DNA of 64,000 nucleotides from Candidatus Saccharimonadota bacterium (GTDB lineage: Bacteria; Patescibacteriota; Saccharimonadia; Saccharimonadales; JACDBH01), in the NCBI GenBank assembly GCA_028289135.1, contig JAQGGW010000005.1, positions 70,758-134,757 on the forward strand, written 5' to 3'. Position numbers and translations under genes: made by a program. Below, piece after piece: positions 1 through 9,168 of the stretch (its first letter is position 1; each line of letters opens with the position of its first letter). The notes below the pieces were generated by a model. It saw nothing but the letters and a program-made list of their open reading frames with translations, was not told the DNA's origin and searched no databases.

Positions 1-708
1 GAAAAGGGCGATAAACACTATGCCATTAAAGCCGGCCAGGAAATTGGCCGGGTTGGCGCGCAGTCACTCGACACCGCAGTTTATAACCTTGACCTGACTC
101 TTCCTGGATTTGTTAAGCCAGATAGCTACACGGCAGAACCTTGGAAAGTCCACACAGATGACTACTTTAAGTACTTTAAAGACCCAGTTTTAAGCCAAAT
201 GCTTGCGCTAAACCCACGCAAAGTCGCTCCATACGGCGGCAAGATTGACTATGATGTGGCTGGCAAACTGTCAGGCAACTGGTTCTTAGAGGGCACAAAC
301 GGTTACGCTGGACCAACGGGATCAGACCGTACTGTTGTTGACGGATCTAGCAAGGGTTATTACGGCGGGCACTTCTCGATTGCACCAGATGCTGTTGACC
401 CGGCAATCATCAATGTGTCATTTGGAGACTATAACGGCAAGGCAACGCAATTTACGGCCAAGTCACCGCTGCCAAACCCGGCAAATGTTGGCACCGCGGA
501 CGGGATTGTAAAGTACGACCTTGTTCATTACACGCAGCCAAGCGCGCAGACTAAGGCCGGGAGCTTGTCTTATCAAACCCAGCCGGTTGAAGCTGTTGTT
601 TTGATGCAGGTACTTGATGGCAATAAAATGAAAATGGAATATTTTACAGGCAAAACTTCCGCCGATGTCAGCACGTTTACTAGCGCAGCAAAAACCTTTA
701 CCCGTTAA
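1..708 (+). CDS. hypothetical protein, 5'-truncated by window edge (frame open from nt 1)
   Basis: Frame 1 has no stop from nt 1 to the TAA at 706-708. No recognisable motifs. Likely secreted, Gly/Tyr-rich. Confidence 0.45.
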   Translation, partial: EKGDKHYAIKAGQEIGRVGAQSLDTAVYNLDLTLPGFVKPDSYTAEPWKVHTDDYFKYFKDPVLSQMLALNPRKVAPYGGKIDYDVAGKLSGNWFLEGTNGYAGPTGSDRTVVDGSSKGYYGGHFSIAPDAVDPAIINVSFGDYNGKATQFTAKSPLPNPANVGTADGIVKYDLVHYTQPSAQTKAGSLSYQTQPVEAVVLMQVLDGNKMKMEYFTGKTSADVSTFTSAAKTFTR

Positions 709-790
709 CATGAAACTGATTAAGAATTAGAAAACGTCTGCATAAAAGCGTACTATTAAGCTAAACATATGTTTAAAAGGGGAGCATCAA

Positions 791-1204
791 ATGAGTAAGA
801 ATAAAATAATAGCCGGACTGGCAGTACTGTTAGTTATTGCGTCAGCTGGTGTTGTTATGGTTAGGCATAAAAAACCAGCTGCTTCACAAGCATCAGCATC
901 AAAGGTGCAAACTCCTACATATGCAAAAGCGAAGCCAGATTCTCCGCTGACAAACGCGGTTCTCATCAAAGATATGAAATATGCGCCTGATCCTTTGGTA
1001 ATTAAGGTTGGCACCAAAGTGACTTGGCTAAACGGAGATAACGTCAGCCACACTGTTACCGCGGACAAAAGCACAGACGGCTTCGCGAGCCCAACATTGG
1101 GAGTGGGCGAGAAATATAGCTATACATTCGACAAAGCCGGCACATACGCATACCACTGCACAATACATTCAAGCATGCACGGTACTGTGACAGTTATTAA
1201 CTAG
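791..1204 (+). CDS. cupredoxin / blue (type-1) copper protein, membrane-anchored (plastocyanin/amicyanin-like)
   Basis: N-terminal TM helix. C-terminal SHTV...YHCTIHSSMHG gives the His, Cys-x2-His-x2-Met type-1 Cu ligand pattern. RBS aaaagggga upstream of the ATG. Confidence 0.75.
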   Translation: MSKNKIIAGLAVLLVIASAGVVMVRHKKPAASQASASKVQTPTYAKAKPDSPLTNAVLIKDMKYAPDPLVIKVGTKVTWLNGDNVSHTVTADKSTDGFASPTLGVGEKYSYTFDKAGTYAYHCTIHSSMHGTVTVIN

Positions 1205-1999
1205 TTATTTTAGCTGGATGGAGCTAATGATCTGGACAGCCTGTTTGTAGGCATTGGTGGTAGCGTAATAATCCAGCGCGACGGCGTTCATGGCCAGGTC
1301 GTCAACGGCGCTGGATGATGTGTAGCCGCCGGCTATGATGTAGGCGTCTGGTTCGGAGCCATAGTCGGGCCCCAGCGTGTCGCCAATTTTAAGCTGGAAG
1401 TTGCCCGCAATCAAGAAAAACGAAAAGATGTCGATGCTGCTGTCGCCAAAAGATGACAAAAGGGTAGTTTTGCGCTGGTCTGGTTCGGGCTGGGTGTAGG
1501 TTATTGTCTCGGATGGCTTGATGGCAATGCCTTTGCCAATGTAAACGCCGTCTGCTTTGCGGGCGCCTTGGCGGATATATACCCTAAAGTTGCCGTCCAC
1601 GCTGCCCAGGTTTGACGTTGGGTAGCTAAACTGCGGCGATTCAACCCGGATGCCGCCGCCGGTTTCCGTAACTTTCCATTTTTTGGGATATTTAAAGCCA
1701 ATGTTGAGGGCAGTACTGTTATAGGTTTCGGTCAATGTTGCGCTTGGGACATCATTAGCGTTCGTTGCAGTAGGAGCGCTAGCGGCTGTTTTTGACTCGT
1801 CTGTGGAGGCGGTGCTTTTTGAACTATTCAAGACAAATTTCCAGGCAGCCAGACCGCCGATGATGGCCAAAACAATCAGAATAATACTGATGATTGTGCC
1901 TTTGTGCGACTGTTTTGGTGCGTGTGCCGGGCTTGGCTTGTGCGGAGGCTTGGTTGTTTCTTTCAAAGAATCAGATGCGGACTGAAGGTCGTCTTCCAT
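1205..1999 (-). CDS. hypothetical membrane-anchored protein (short cytoplasmic N-terminus, one TM, extracytoplasmic domain)
   Basis: ORF with a Lys/Pro-rich N-terminus followed by a hydrophobic helix IISIILIVLAIIGGLAAW. No known motif. Confidence 0.45.
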   Translation of the reverse strand: MEDDLQSASDSLKETTKPPHKPSPAHAPKQSHKGTIISIILIVLAIIGGLAAWKFVLNSSKSTASTDESKTAASAPTATNANDVPSATLTETYNSTALNIGFKYPKKWKVTETGGGIRVESPQFSYPTSNLGSVDGNFRVYIRQGARKADGVYIGKGIAIKPSETITYTQPEPDQRKTTLLSSFGDSSIDIFSFFLIAGNFQLKIGDTLGPDYGSEPDAYIIAGGYTSSSAVDDLAMNAVALDYYATTNAYKQAVQIISSIQLK

Positions 2000-2151
2000 G
2001 CTCCCAAGTATCCTCTTTTAAAACCGCTTATGCAACAGTTTGCGCTAATCGTCTATTATGTTTTCATGTTTTTGACAAAGGGGTGTTAACACTGGCTGAC
2101 GGATTGCAAAAATTATATATTCATAAGCATTGTGGTATACACTAATTAATC

Positions 2152-3270
2152 ATGGATCCAGAAGCAAAACCAGCCGTACAATCTGCCGAACTTGAAACAC
2201 CGCAAACACCAATGCCCGGGACACCTATAGAGCCTATGTTGCCGGATAAAAAGCCATCCCAAAAGTGGTCAATTATTGTGCTGTTGGTGATCCTGCTGCT
2301 TCTTGTCGGTGCATATTTTATGCATAAATCCGCCAGCACTCCGTCAAAGTCTACTCTTACAAACGCAAGCATTACTCAGTCAACTACCGCAACCGCTAAA
2401 CCCGAAACTGTGGCCCCAAAAGTTGAAGGCCTCCAGCTCGATCCTAAGAAGAATTATGGCAATAAATATGCCGACGGTTTGCTGCCAGTTGGAGACAATA
2501 AATATGTTACGGACGCGGCCAAAAAAGGCTATGTTTATGAATGCCAAAATAACTTTGTACCTGCTTCGCAGGCCGGTGCCCAAAACCGCGGCCCATGGTT
2601 TACTAACAACAACACGCAGTGGGACGTAAATAAAAAGTCACACATCAGCGGTAGCATAAATTGGACCCAGCAATTTAGCGTGGTGATCCAAAACGGCAAA
2701 AGGATAATTACCACCAACGACCTGCCAAACCACCCAACCGGCGTTTTCCCAGTGGCGGCCAGCGACCCAGCCCGTGTCTATGACGGCAACCCCAACACCA
2801 TTAGCGCCCAGACAATGGTCTACAGCGTGGCGTCCGCTCCAACCTACGGTTCGCCGCAGTGTATGGGCGGTGAAGTGGGCGTGATGTTAACGGGCGTGGC
2901 ATTGTTTAATGGTTTTGACGCAGGCGGTCGCGACGCCGGAGCCTGGGAAGTCCAGGACAACTGCGACGGCCACCCGCAAAACAAAGGCGAATACCACTAC
3001 CACACACTCAGCAAATGTATTACCGACCAAAGCGTTAAAACAGTACTAGGCTACGCGCTGGATGGTTATCCGATTACCGGGCCCAAAGTTGGCGATAAAA
3101 ACTTCTTAACCACCGACGACCTGGACGAATGCCACGGCATTGTTAGCGACATAACCCTGGACAACAAAACCGTCACGACATATCACTATGTAATGACCGA
3201 AGACTTTCCTTATTCGGCCAGCTGCTTTAGGGCCACGGCAATCCAGCCACCAGGCAAACCTGAACATTAA
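2152..3270 (+). CDS. YHYH-domain protein, membrane-anchored
   Basis: One TM near the N-terminus. The motif GHPQNKGEYHYHT and a downstream DGYPITGP are characteristic of the YHYH family. Confidence 0.6.
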   Translation: MDPEAKPAVQSAELETPQTPMPGTPIEPMLPDKKPSQKWSIIVLLVILLLLVGAYFMHKSASTPSKSTLTNASITQSTTATAKPETVAPKVEGLQLDPKKNYGNKYADGLLPVGDNKYVTDAAKKGYVYECQNNFVPASQAGAQNRGPWFTNNNTQWDVNKKSHISGSINWTQQFSVVIQNGKRIITTNDLPNHPTGVFPVAASDPARVYDGNPNTISAQTMVYSVASAPTYGSPQCMGGEVGVMLTGVALFNGFDAGGRDAGAWEVQDNCDGHPQNKGEYHYHTLSKCITDQSVKTVLGYALDGYPITGPKVGDKNFLTTDDLDECHGIVSDITLDNKTVTTYHYVMTEDFPYSASCFRATAIQPPGKPEH

Positions 3271-3767
3271 AACTGCGGAAGCGGTCCGCGTTCTAGAATC
3301 TCACGCGCAATCACTAGCCCGCTCTCTGTTTCTTCGGTAAGGTCGAGTTGTGGATGATACAAATCCGCCCAGCACCATTCATCATGGTCCGGCGTCTCGC
3401 CTGCAGGAATATTACGGCGGAGATCAACAGCAAAACTAAGCGGGCTTGCAACAGCTATCTCGCATTTGTAATTAGTAACATTGCCCTTTTCGTCAGTTTC
3501 AATATTTTCCCGGACATTGTTGAAAACACCAATATGTCCAAGGGTTATGTTGGCCTCTTGGAAAGCTTCTCGCAGAAGCGCCCTCTTTAGTACTGGCCTG
3601 CCAATTTCTTGATAGCCAGCCATGTCTGTATCCTCAACACTGCCGCCTGGTCCTTCCCACTGGCCGCCATTTCGCTCGCGCTGCATATCGCGGCGGAGTG
3701 CCAAAAACTTACCATTGTGGATAATAATGCCGCGAGCAGATACAACATCTTTAGTTTCAAAACTCAT
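3267..3767 (-). CDS. NUDIX hydrolase
   Basis: Nudix box GPGGSVEDTDMAGYQEIGRPVLKRALLREAFQEANI (G-x5-E-x7-REUxEExGU). Confidence 0.7.
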   Translation of the reverse strand: MSFETKDVVSARGIIIHNGKFLALRRDMQRERNGGQWEGPGGSVEDTDMAGYQEIGRPVLKRALLREAFQEANITLGHIGVFNNVRENIETDEKGNVTNYKCEIAVASPLSFAVDLRRNIPAGETPDHDEWCWADLYHPQLDLTEETESGLVIAREILERGPLPQF

Positions 3768-3835
3768 ATCGATATACTATTTCATAAAAGTCAGTTTATA
3801 ACAACATACTTTAGACTTTCTGATAGACTGTAAGC

Positions 3836-4420
3836 ATGACCGGAAAGACTCACGACTTGGCAGCCATCACTGCACTTGGCATTGTTTTTTTAAGCAACCC
3901 TGTCGATCCGTTGCGGCTTTCGACCGCCATCGTCTGCATAATCGCTAACCTCATTGGCGGGATTACCCCAGACATAGACCAGCCAACAGCACCATTCTGG
4001 CGTAATCTGCCGATTGGCAATATTTTTGGCCGGACTTTTGGCAAACTCAGCGGCGGGCACAGGTTTTTGACACATTCGTTGTTGGGCGCGGCACTGATTG
4101 GGTTTGCCGTTCACTGGCTGTTAGTATTTTTTACGCCCGTGATGGGGCACATTGATACAGGCTACGTGTGGTGGGCATTTATGATCGGGCTGGCAAGCCA
4201 CCTTCTTATGGATATGTTTACCAAAGAAGGCGTGCCACTTTTTATTCCGATCCCAATAAAACTTGGCTTTCCACCCATCAAAGCCTTGCGGGTTACAACT
4301 GATCACTGGGTTGAACACTTAGTAGTTTTCCCAGGCCTTTTAGCCATTAACGGGCTTTTAGTGGCGACGCACTACCAGCAAATTCTAGAAATTCTGCGCC
4401 GGGTTGGTTCTTCGCACTAG
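3836..4420 (+). CDS. membrane-bound metal-dependent hydrolase (DUF457/YdjM-like)
   Basis: Multi-TM protein starting MTGKTHDLAAITALG, with conserved His/Asp residues (FLTHSLLGA, HLLMDMFTKEG) typical of LexA-regulon YdjM-type hydrolases. Confidence 0.5.
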   Translation: MTGKTHDLAAITALGIVFLSNPVDPLRLSTAIVCIIANLIGGITPDIDQPTAPFWRNLPIGNIFGRTFGKLSGGHRFLTHSLLGAALIGFAVHWLLVFFTPVMGHIDTGYVWWAFMIGLASHLLMDMFTKEGVPLFIPIPIKLGFPPIKALRVTTDHWVEHLVVFPGLLAINGLLVATHYQQILEILRRVGSSH

Positions 4421-4839
4421 GCTAAAACGCGGCAATCGCTGCAAAGTCCTTCGATTTCAAGCGTGTGGGCAGTCGGCAAAAAACCGTTATGGTTCGCGAC
4501 GGTTTCGAGCATGACGTCAAAGCTTTTTGGCTCGTCAAAACTGATGGTTTTGTGGCAGTTTGTGCAGGTAAAATGATGGTGGTGTGGAATAAAGTCGTCC
4601 GTCAGCTCCAGGTGGTATTTCCAGCCTTTGGCAACTCGTTGGGCAATTTTAAGCTCTTCGAACAGTTCAATAACGCGGTAAACAGTGGTGCGGTTAATAC
4701 TGCTCACACGGCTATAAAGCTCTTGCATGCTCAGCGGGCCATCGTCCTGGAGCGCCTTAAAAACCTTTAATCGGGGCTCCGTGAGGCTAAAACCAGCGTT
4801 TTTTAGATGAAGTGCCAAGGTTGATTCGACAGATGTCAT
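4417..4839 (-). CDS. Fur-family metalloregulator (Zur-like)
   Basis: Winged-helix N-terminus. C-terminal HHHHFTCTNCHK...CSDC metal-binding motifs. Divergent from a ZIP transporter gene. Confidence 0.75.
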   Translation of the reverse strand: MTSVESTLALHLKNAGFSLTEPRLKVFKALQDDGPLSMQELYSRVSSINRTTVYRVIELFEELKIAQRVAKGWKYHLELTDDFIPHHHHFTCTNCHKTISFDEPKSFDVMLETVANHNGFLPTAHTLEIEGLCSDCRVLA

Positions 4840-4869
4840 ACTCTTATTCTAGTGCATTTATTATGAAAA

Positions 4870-4886
4870 TTGCAACAAAGTTGCAA
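4870..4886. promoter_or_regulatory. palindromic operator TTGCAAC-aaa-GTTGCAA (candidate Zur/Fur box) in divergent promoter
   Basis: Perfect 7-bp inverted repeat with a 3-bp spacer in AT-rich context. It lies about 31 nt from the regulator start codon (4839) and about 34 nt upstream of the ZIP ATG (4920). Confidence 0.5.
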
Positions 4887-4919
4887 AAATCTTAAGTGGG
4901 CAGGATACTTGAGGGTAAT

Positions 4920-5645
4920 ATGACAGTAATTTTATTAGCTTTCGCCGCCTTTTGCTCCACCTTGCTTGGCGGGCTTGCGGGCATTAAAAACAAAGACCGC
5001 TTGCACAGATTTTTAGGCTACACGGCTGGTGTGTTGATGGGCGTGGTGGCATTTGACCTGTTGCCAGAGATTTTTAAAACACTGCACGAAACAAACTCTG
5101 ACCCAACCCGCGCCATGATTGCCTTGGTTGTTGGCTTTTTACTGTTTCATGCCATCGAAAAAAGTATTTTAATCCACCACAGCCAAGAAGACGAATACGA
5201 ACAGCACCACCACCCTCATGTTGGCGTTGCCAGTGCCATTGCTTTAAGCGGCCACAGCTTCTTGGACGGCGTGGGGATTGGGCTTGGTTTCCAGGTTGGG
5301 AATACTGTCGGGATAGCCGTAGCCATTGCAGTAATTGCGCACGACTTTACCGATGGACTAAACACTGTTAACCTCATGTTACTCAACAAAAACCGTTCCA
5401 AAAAAACAATAAGCTATTTGCTTTTGGACGCCGTTGCGCCAATCTTAGGTGCGCTAAGTACGCTGCTGTTTACAATCCCCAGCACTTGGCTGCCAATCTA
5501 CCTTGGCTTCTTTGCAGGCTTTTTGCTCTATATTGGCGCCAGCGAAATTTTGCCAGAAGCTCACAGCAAACATTCTTCTTATAAAACAATACTCATGACA
5601 ATCTTGGGAGCAGCATTTATTTTTGCCGTCACTCGTTTTGCTTAA
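4920..5645 (+). CDS. zupT: ZIP-family divalent metal (zinc) transporter
   Basis: Multi-TM protein with a His-rich loop HHSQEDEYEQHHHPH and HDFTDGL / GxxxHxxxE-type helices. Start chosen at ATG 4920 (RBS gaggg) rather than the upstream GTG 4896. Confidence 0.75.
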   Translation: MTVILLAFAAFCSTLLGGLAGIKNKDRLHRFLGYTAGVLMGVVAFDLLPEIFKTLHETNSDPTRAMIALVVGFLLFHAIEKSILIHHSQEDEYEQHHHPHVGVASAIALSGHSFLDGVGIGLGFQVGNTVGIAVAIAVIAHDFTDGLNTVNLMLLNKNRSKKTISYLLLDAVAPILGALSTLLFTIPSTWLPIYLGFFAGFLLYIGASEILPEAHSKHSSYKTILMTILGAAFIFAVTRFA

Positions 5646-5666
5646 AAATGTTACTATAAACCCAAT

Positions 5667-5885
5667 ATGTTAGCGGTATATGTAATTGGTATGGTCCTTG
5701 CTCTAGTAGCTACAATAGCTGCACTTCTAGTAGCTACTGGTAAAATTGCATTCAGGTTCGCCAGCAAAGAAACGCTGCCGTCTCAAAAAAAGGATATGGC
5801 TTTACGCATAGTCTATTTAGCGCTTTTTATTTTAGTTTCTTGGGCTCTATGGAATTTTGGTTCGAAGTTATTGTACGGCAAGTGA
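5667..5885 (+). CDS. small two-TM membrane protein, hypothetical
   Basis: 72-aa ORF with two hydrophobic helices. Lower GC (~40%) than its neighbours. Confidence 0.35.
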   Translation: MLAVYVIGMVLALVATIAALLVATGKIAFRFASKETLPSQKKDMALRIVYLALFILVSWALWNFGSKLLYGK

Positions 5886-5927
5886 ATATTAAGGCCGTCG
5901 TGCTAGCTCAAATGCTATACTAGACAC

Positions 5928-6992
5928 ATGATAGCGGTGGTAATTATTTTAGCAGTATTAGTAGCGGGGCTTATTTTTATGCTTGTCCGCAAACCTGCCG
6001 TGCCGGCGCCAAAAGAGGATACTTCGGCAGCTCTTTTGCTAAAAGAAGACTTTAAGACCTTGGTTGAAGGCATGACTCAGCTAAAAGAAACATTGGGCGA
6101 AAAGATCGACACCCGGCTCGAAAAGTCCCAAAACAGCATGGGCCAGCAGCTGCAGGAAAGCGCCAAACTTATCAAGGACGTGACGGAGCGCCTGACAAAG
6201 CTGGACGAAACAAACAAACGCGTGGTGGACGTAGCCGATGAGCTTAAGCAACTCCAAAATGTGCTCCAAAACCCAAAGCAGCGCGGAGTTTTGGGCGAAT
6301 TTTACCTGGAACAAATTCTGCAGAACCTGCTGCCGCCGGGCTCTTATGAGCTGCAGTATAAACTGGCCGAGGGGTTTATAGTGGACGCCGTCATTATGCT
6401 CGAAAACAAAATGCTGCCGATTGACAGCAAGTTTAGCCTAGAAAATTACAACCGGTTAATTGACGCCAAAGGCCCAGAACGCATGCTGCTTGAAAAAGCC
6501 TTTAAAGAAGACCTGCGCAAACGGATCGACGAAACGGCCAAATATATACAGCCCAAAAACGGCACGCTGGAACAAGCCTTTATGTTTATCCCCTCCGAAG
6601 CGATTTATTATGACTTGCTCGCCAACAAAATTGGCGCTGGCGGCGTAAACGGGCGCGACTTGCTGCAATACGCGGTGCGCGATAAGAAAGTGACAATAGT
6701 CGGCCCAAGTACGCTCAGTGTCATGTTGCTGACAATAGTCGAAGGTATGCGCTCTCATCAGATCCAGAAAGACTTTGAAGTAATCCGCAAAAATATCGAG
6801 CAGCTTTCGACTCATTTAATAAATTACGATGGACATTTTAAGAAGGTTGGCAATAGCCTAAGTGCTACAGTTGGGCACTACAACAGCGCCAGCAAAGAGC
6901 TTGCCCGGATCGACAAAGACATCGTTAAAATTGCAGCAACAGACCCTGCCATCGAAGCACTTTTGCTTGACAAGCCTCTCGCTGATGAATAA
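5928..6992 (+). CDS. rmuC: DNA recombination protein RmuC
   Basis: N-terminal TM, a long coiled-coil, then GVLGEFYLEQILQ...YELQYKL...VVDAVIML resembling the RmuC core, and a C-terminal nuclease-like region. Confidence 0.6.
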   Translation: MIAVVIILAVLVAGLIFMLVRKPAVPAPKEDTSAALLLKEDFKTLVEGMTQLKETLGEKIDTRLEKSQNSMGQQLQESAKLIKDVTERLTKLDETNKRVVDVADELKQLQNVLQNPKQRGVLGEFYLEQILQNLLPPGSYELQYKLAEGFIVDAVIMLENKMLPIDSKFSLENYNRLIDAKGPERMLLEKAFKEDLRKRIDETAKYIQPKNGTLEQAFMFIPSEAIYYDLLANKIGAGGVNGRDLLQYAVRDKKVTIVGPSTLSVMLLTIVEGMRSHQIQKDFEVIRKNIEQLSTHLINYDGHFKKVGNSLSATVGHYNSASKELARIDKDIVKIAATDPAIEALLLDKPLADE

Positions 6993-7003
6993 CCTGAGAA
7001 ATA

Positions 7004-7261
7004 ATGAACGATATATTCTCAAGAGGAATTGAACTGAGCGACGTTGAGGCTGCGTTAATTTTAGGCAGCAGGAGATCCACATTTGATGAAATTATTGTAA
7101 TACGTGGGCGTTTACATGGCAGGGTTCTGGACATGATTGACAGAGTCCATCAACTGGAAAATAGAATTATGCCTAGCATTGCCAATATAGCCGTAGGAGC
7201 GACGCTCGCATTTGAAGCTACTGAGCCAACAGATCAATCGTTAGAGCCGCTGTCCAGCTAA
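7004..7261 (+). CDS. possible small ORF in an AT-rich convergent gap (85 aa)
   Basis: Fills the gap between rmuC and the - strand glycosidase and overlaps the latter's 3' end by 44 nt. Weak RBS and no motif. Confidence 0.2.
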   Translation: MNDIFSRGIELSDVEAALILGSRRSTFDEIIVIRGRLHGRVLDMIDRVHQLENRIMPSIANIAVGATLAFEATEPTDQSLEPLSS

Positions 7262-8561
7262 AATTTTCGGCGCCCAAACCTTTGCCGTCAATCGGCGAGA
7301 AATATTCGTATGGCCCGGCGGATGTTACCATGGCAATTGTGCGTGCGCGGAGATCAGCCGCCTCAACTTTGTAGCCATAGCGTTCCAGCCCGTCGATAAT
7401 CAGCCAGTTCGTGTTTACCCAAGTTGGGCCCTGCCAATAGCGTTCGGCGTCAAAATATTTTGAGCTGAGCGGCACGCTCGGGACGGGGTGGTGCAGCCAA
7501 AATTGTTTGTGGTCTTTTAGCAGTCCGACAAGCTCGGCGGCTCGTTCTTTGCTGATACTGCCGGCATATAGCGGCATCAGGGCGCCAATGGATGGTTCTT
7601 TAATGAGTTTGTGGGTAATAAAATCGCGCGAATAATATTGTTTGGTGCCTGTGTCGTAGAGTTCTTTTATAGCTTCTTCGGTGTGTTTCATGTTGGCCAC
7701 AAGTTCGGCCGGCAGTTTGTATTTTAGAAAGCTAGCGATGTTGTGAAGCTGGGTGTTATTGCGGATCAAAATGCTGTTAAACATAACATCTTCGGTGGCA
7801 AAAAGTGTGCGGTGGAGGATTTTGTCTATGTCGTAATGCTTGCGGCGGAGACGCCTGACTACATCCCAAAGCAGCAAAGCTTCCATGTTGGAAATTCGCT
7901 GACCGGGGTTAACGCGGCGGGTGTCGCGGCGGATAAAGTTAATAAATGGGTCTAGGTGAAGCTTTTCGATCATGGCAATCCACCATGGGCGGCTGTGCTC
8001 GTACAGCTGCTGTACCCACGGAGGCGTGTTGTCCATGCCGACTTCGTTGGGGTGGATCTGCAGCGTCAGACCTTCTTTGTGAGGGTCGCGCTCGGCGTAA
8101 AGCCAGGTGTGATATGCAACCAGCGGGTCGTACATATAATGATAAAACTCCCGCCTATCGGTGGCGTTCATTTTGGCGCCCACTTTAACAACGGCGTCGG
8201 CCAGTACGGGCGGTTGGGTAATGCCGCTGGTGCTGAGTTTGTCGGGTGCAAATGGGCTTAGCCAGCTGCGCCAAGCTTCGCGCTCCAAACGGTATTCGCG
8301 GCCCTTACTAAAAATCATGTGCGGCATCATGCCGTTGGCCCACTGGCCATGGACCAGGTTTGCAACTTCTAAAGCCGCCCGTTGCGGGTCTTCGTGCCGG
8401 AGCCCAATCGCCACAAAACAGCTATCCCAAAGCCACTGGTGCGGATAAAGCTTGGCAGGGGAAGTATGATTGCCGCGGTCGTTTTCTTTTAATACGCTGA
8501 GGCAAAGGGTGCGCAGGTCAACAGGGGTTAACGTTGGTCCTTCAGCTGAATAGTCTTCCAT
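7218..8561 (-). CDS. glycoside hydrolase, GH63-like six-hairpin glycosidase (glucosylglycerate/mannosylglycerate hydrolase-like)
   Basis: 447 aa. The motif YPHQWLWDSCFVAIGL matches the HQW-x-WDS signature of MGH/GH63 enzymes. Size matches bacterial GgH. Confidence 0.5.
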   Translation of the reverse strand: MEDYSAEGPTLTPVDLRTLCLSVLKENDRGNHTSPAKLYPHQWLWDSCFVAIGLRHEDPQRAALEVANLVHGQWANGMMPHMIFSKGREYRLEREAWRSWLSPFAPDKLSTSGITQPPVLADAVVKVGAKMNATDRREFYHYMYDPLVAYHTWLYAERDPHKEGLTLQIHPNEVGMDNTPPWVQQLYEHSRPWWIAMIEKLHLDPFINFIRRDTRRVNPGQRISNMEALLLWDVVRRLRRKHYDIDKILHRTLFATEDVMFNSILIRNNTQLHNIASFLKYKLPAELVANMKHTEEAIKELYDTGTKQYYSRDFITHKLIKEPSIGALMPLYAGSISKERAAELVGLLKDHKQFWLHHPVPSVPLSSKYFDAERYWQGPTWVNTNWLIIDGLERYGYKVEAADLRARTIAMVTSAGPYEYFSPIDGKGLGAENFSWTAALTIDLLAQ

Positions 8562-8584
8562 TTACTCCAGTATAGCATTAGCGC

Positions 8585-9079
8585 TTAGCGGAAGTTGGTA
8601 AACTGCAGCGCAAAGTCGAACTCTTGTACGCGCAGCAGCGCCATTACGCCTTGAAGGTCGTCTTTGCTGCCGGCCGTCACGCGGACTTCATCACCTTGGA
8701 TCTGTGGTTTAACTTTAGGAAATCTCTCGCGGACAATGGCGGTAATCTTTTTAGCCTTTTCTTGGTCAAGGCCTTTTTTAAACGGCACTTCCTGGGTGGT
8801 TTTGAGGTTGGCTACAACCAGTTCTTTGCTGAGGTCTAAAATTTTCTGGCTCTGGCCGCGGGCCGCAAGTTTTTTGCGTACAATGTCCAGGATTGCATCA
8901 ATCTGCCAGTCGCCGTTGCCCGTAATCTTAAGCCCAGCTTTGTCGTCCATCCACTCCACAGCGGCGGGCGTGTTCTTAAAGTCATAACGGCTGTCGAGCT
9001 CTCGCTGGGTTTGGTCAAAGACGTTATTAAGCTCCGCCTTGTCGTAGTCGCTCACAATATCAAAAGAAAAATTAGCCAT
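8585..9079 (-). CDS. yajQ: YajQ-family nucleotide-binding protein (UPF0234)
   Basis: MANFSFDIVSDYDKAELNNVFDQTQRELDSRYDFK is the typical YajQ N-terminus. 164 aa. Confidence 0.75.
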   Translation of the reverse strand: MANFSFDIVSDYDKAELNNVFDQTQRELDSRYDFKNTPAAVEWMDDKAGLKITGNGDWQIDAILDIVRKKLAARGQSQKILDLSKELVVANLKTTQEVPFKKGLDQEKAKKITAIVRERFPKVKPQIQGDEVRVTAGSKDDLQGVMALLRVQEFDFALQFTNFR

Positions 9080-9168
9080 ATCACTATTGTAAAATAAAAC
9101 GCTTTACTTTGCACTTGAATACGCCGGGGATTTCATTTTTGGGCTAAAAGTACACTTAAATAACGGTA

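Noticed and set aside
9080-9168. Possible T-box leader upstream of pheS
   Set aside because: The spacer is only ~90 nt, and it has no specifier-loop/T-box (AATTAGGGTGGNACCGCG-like) motif and no antiterminator structure.
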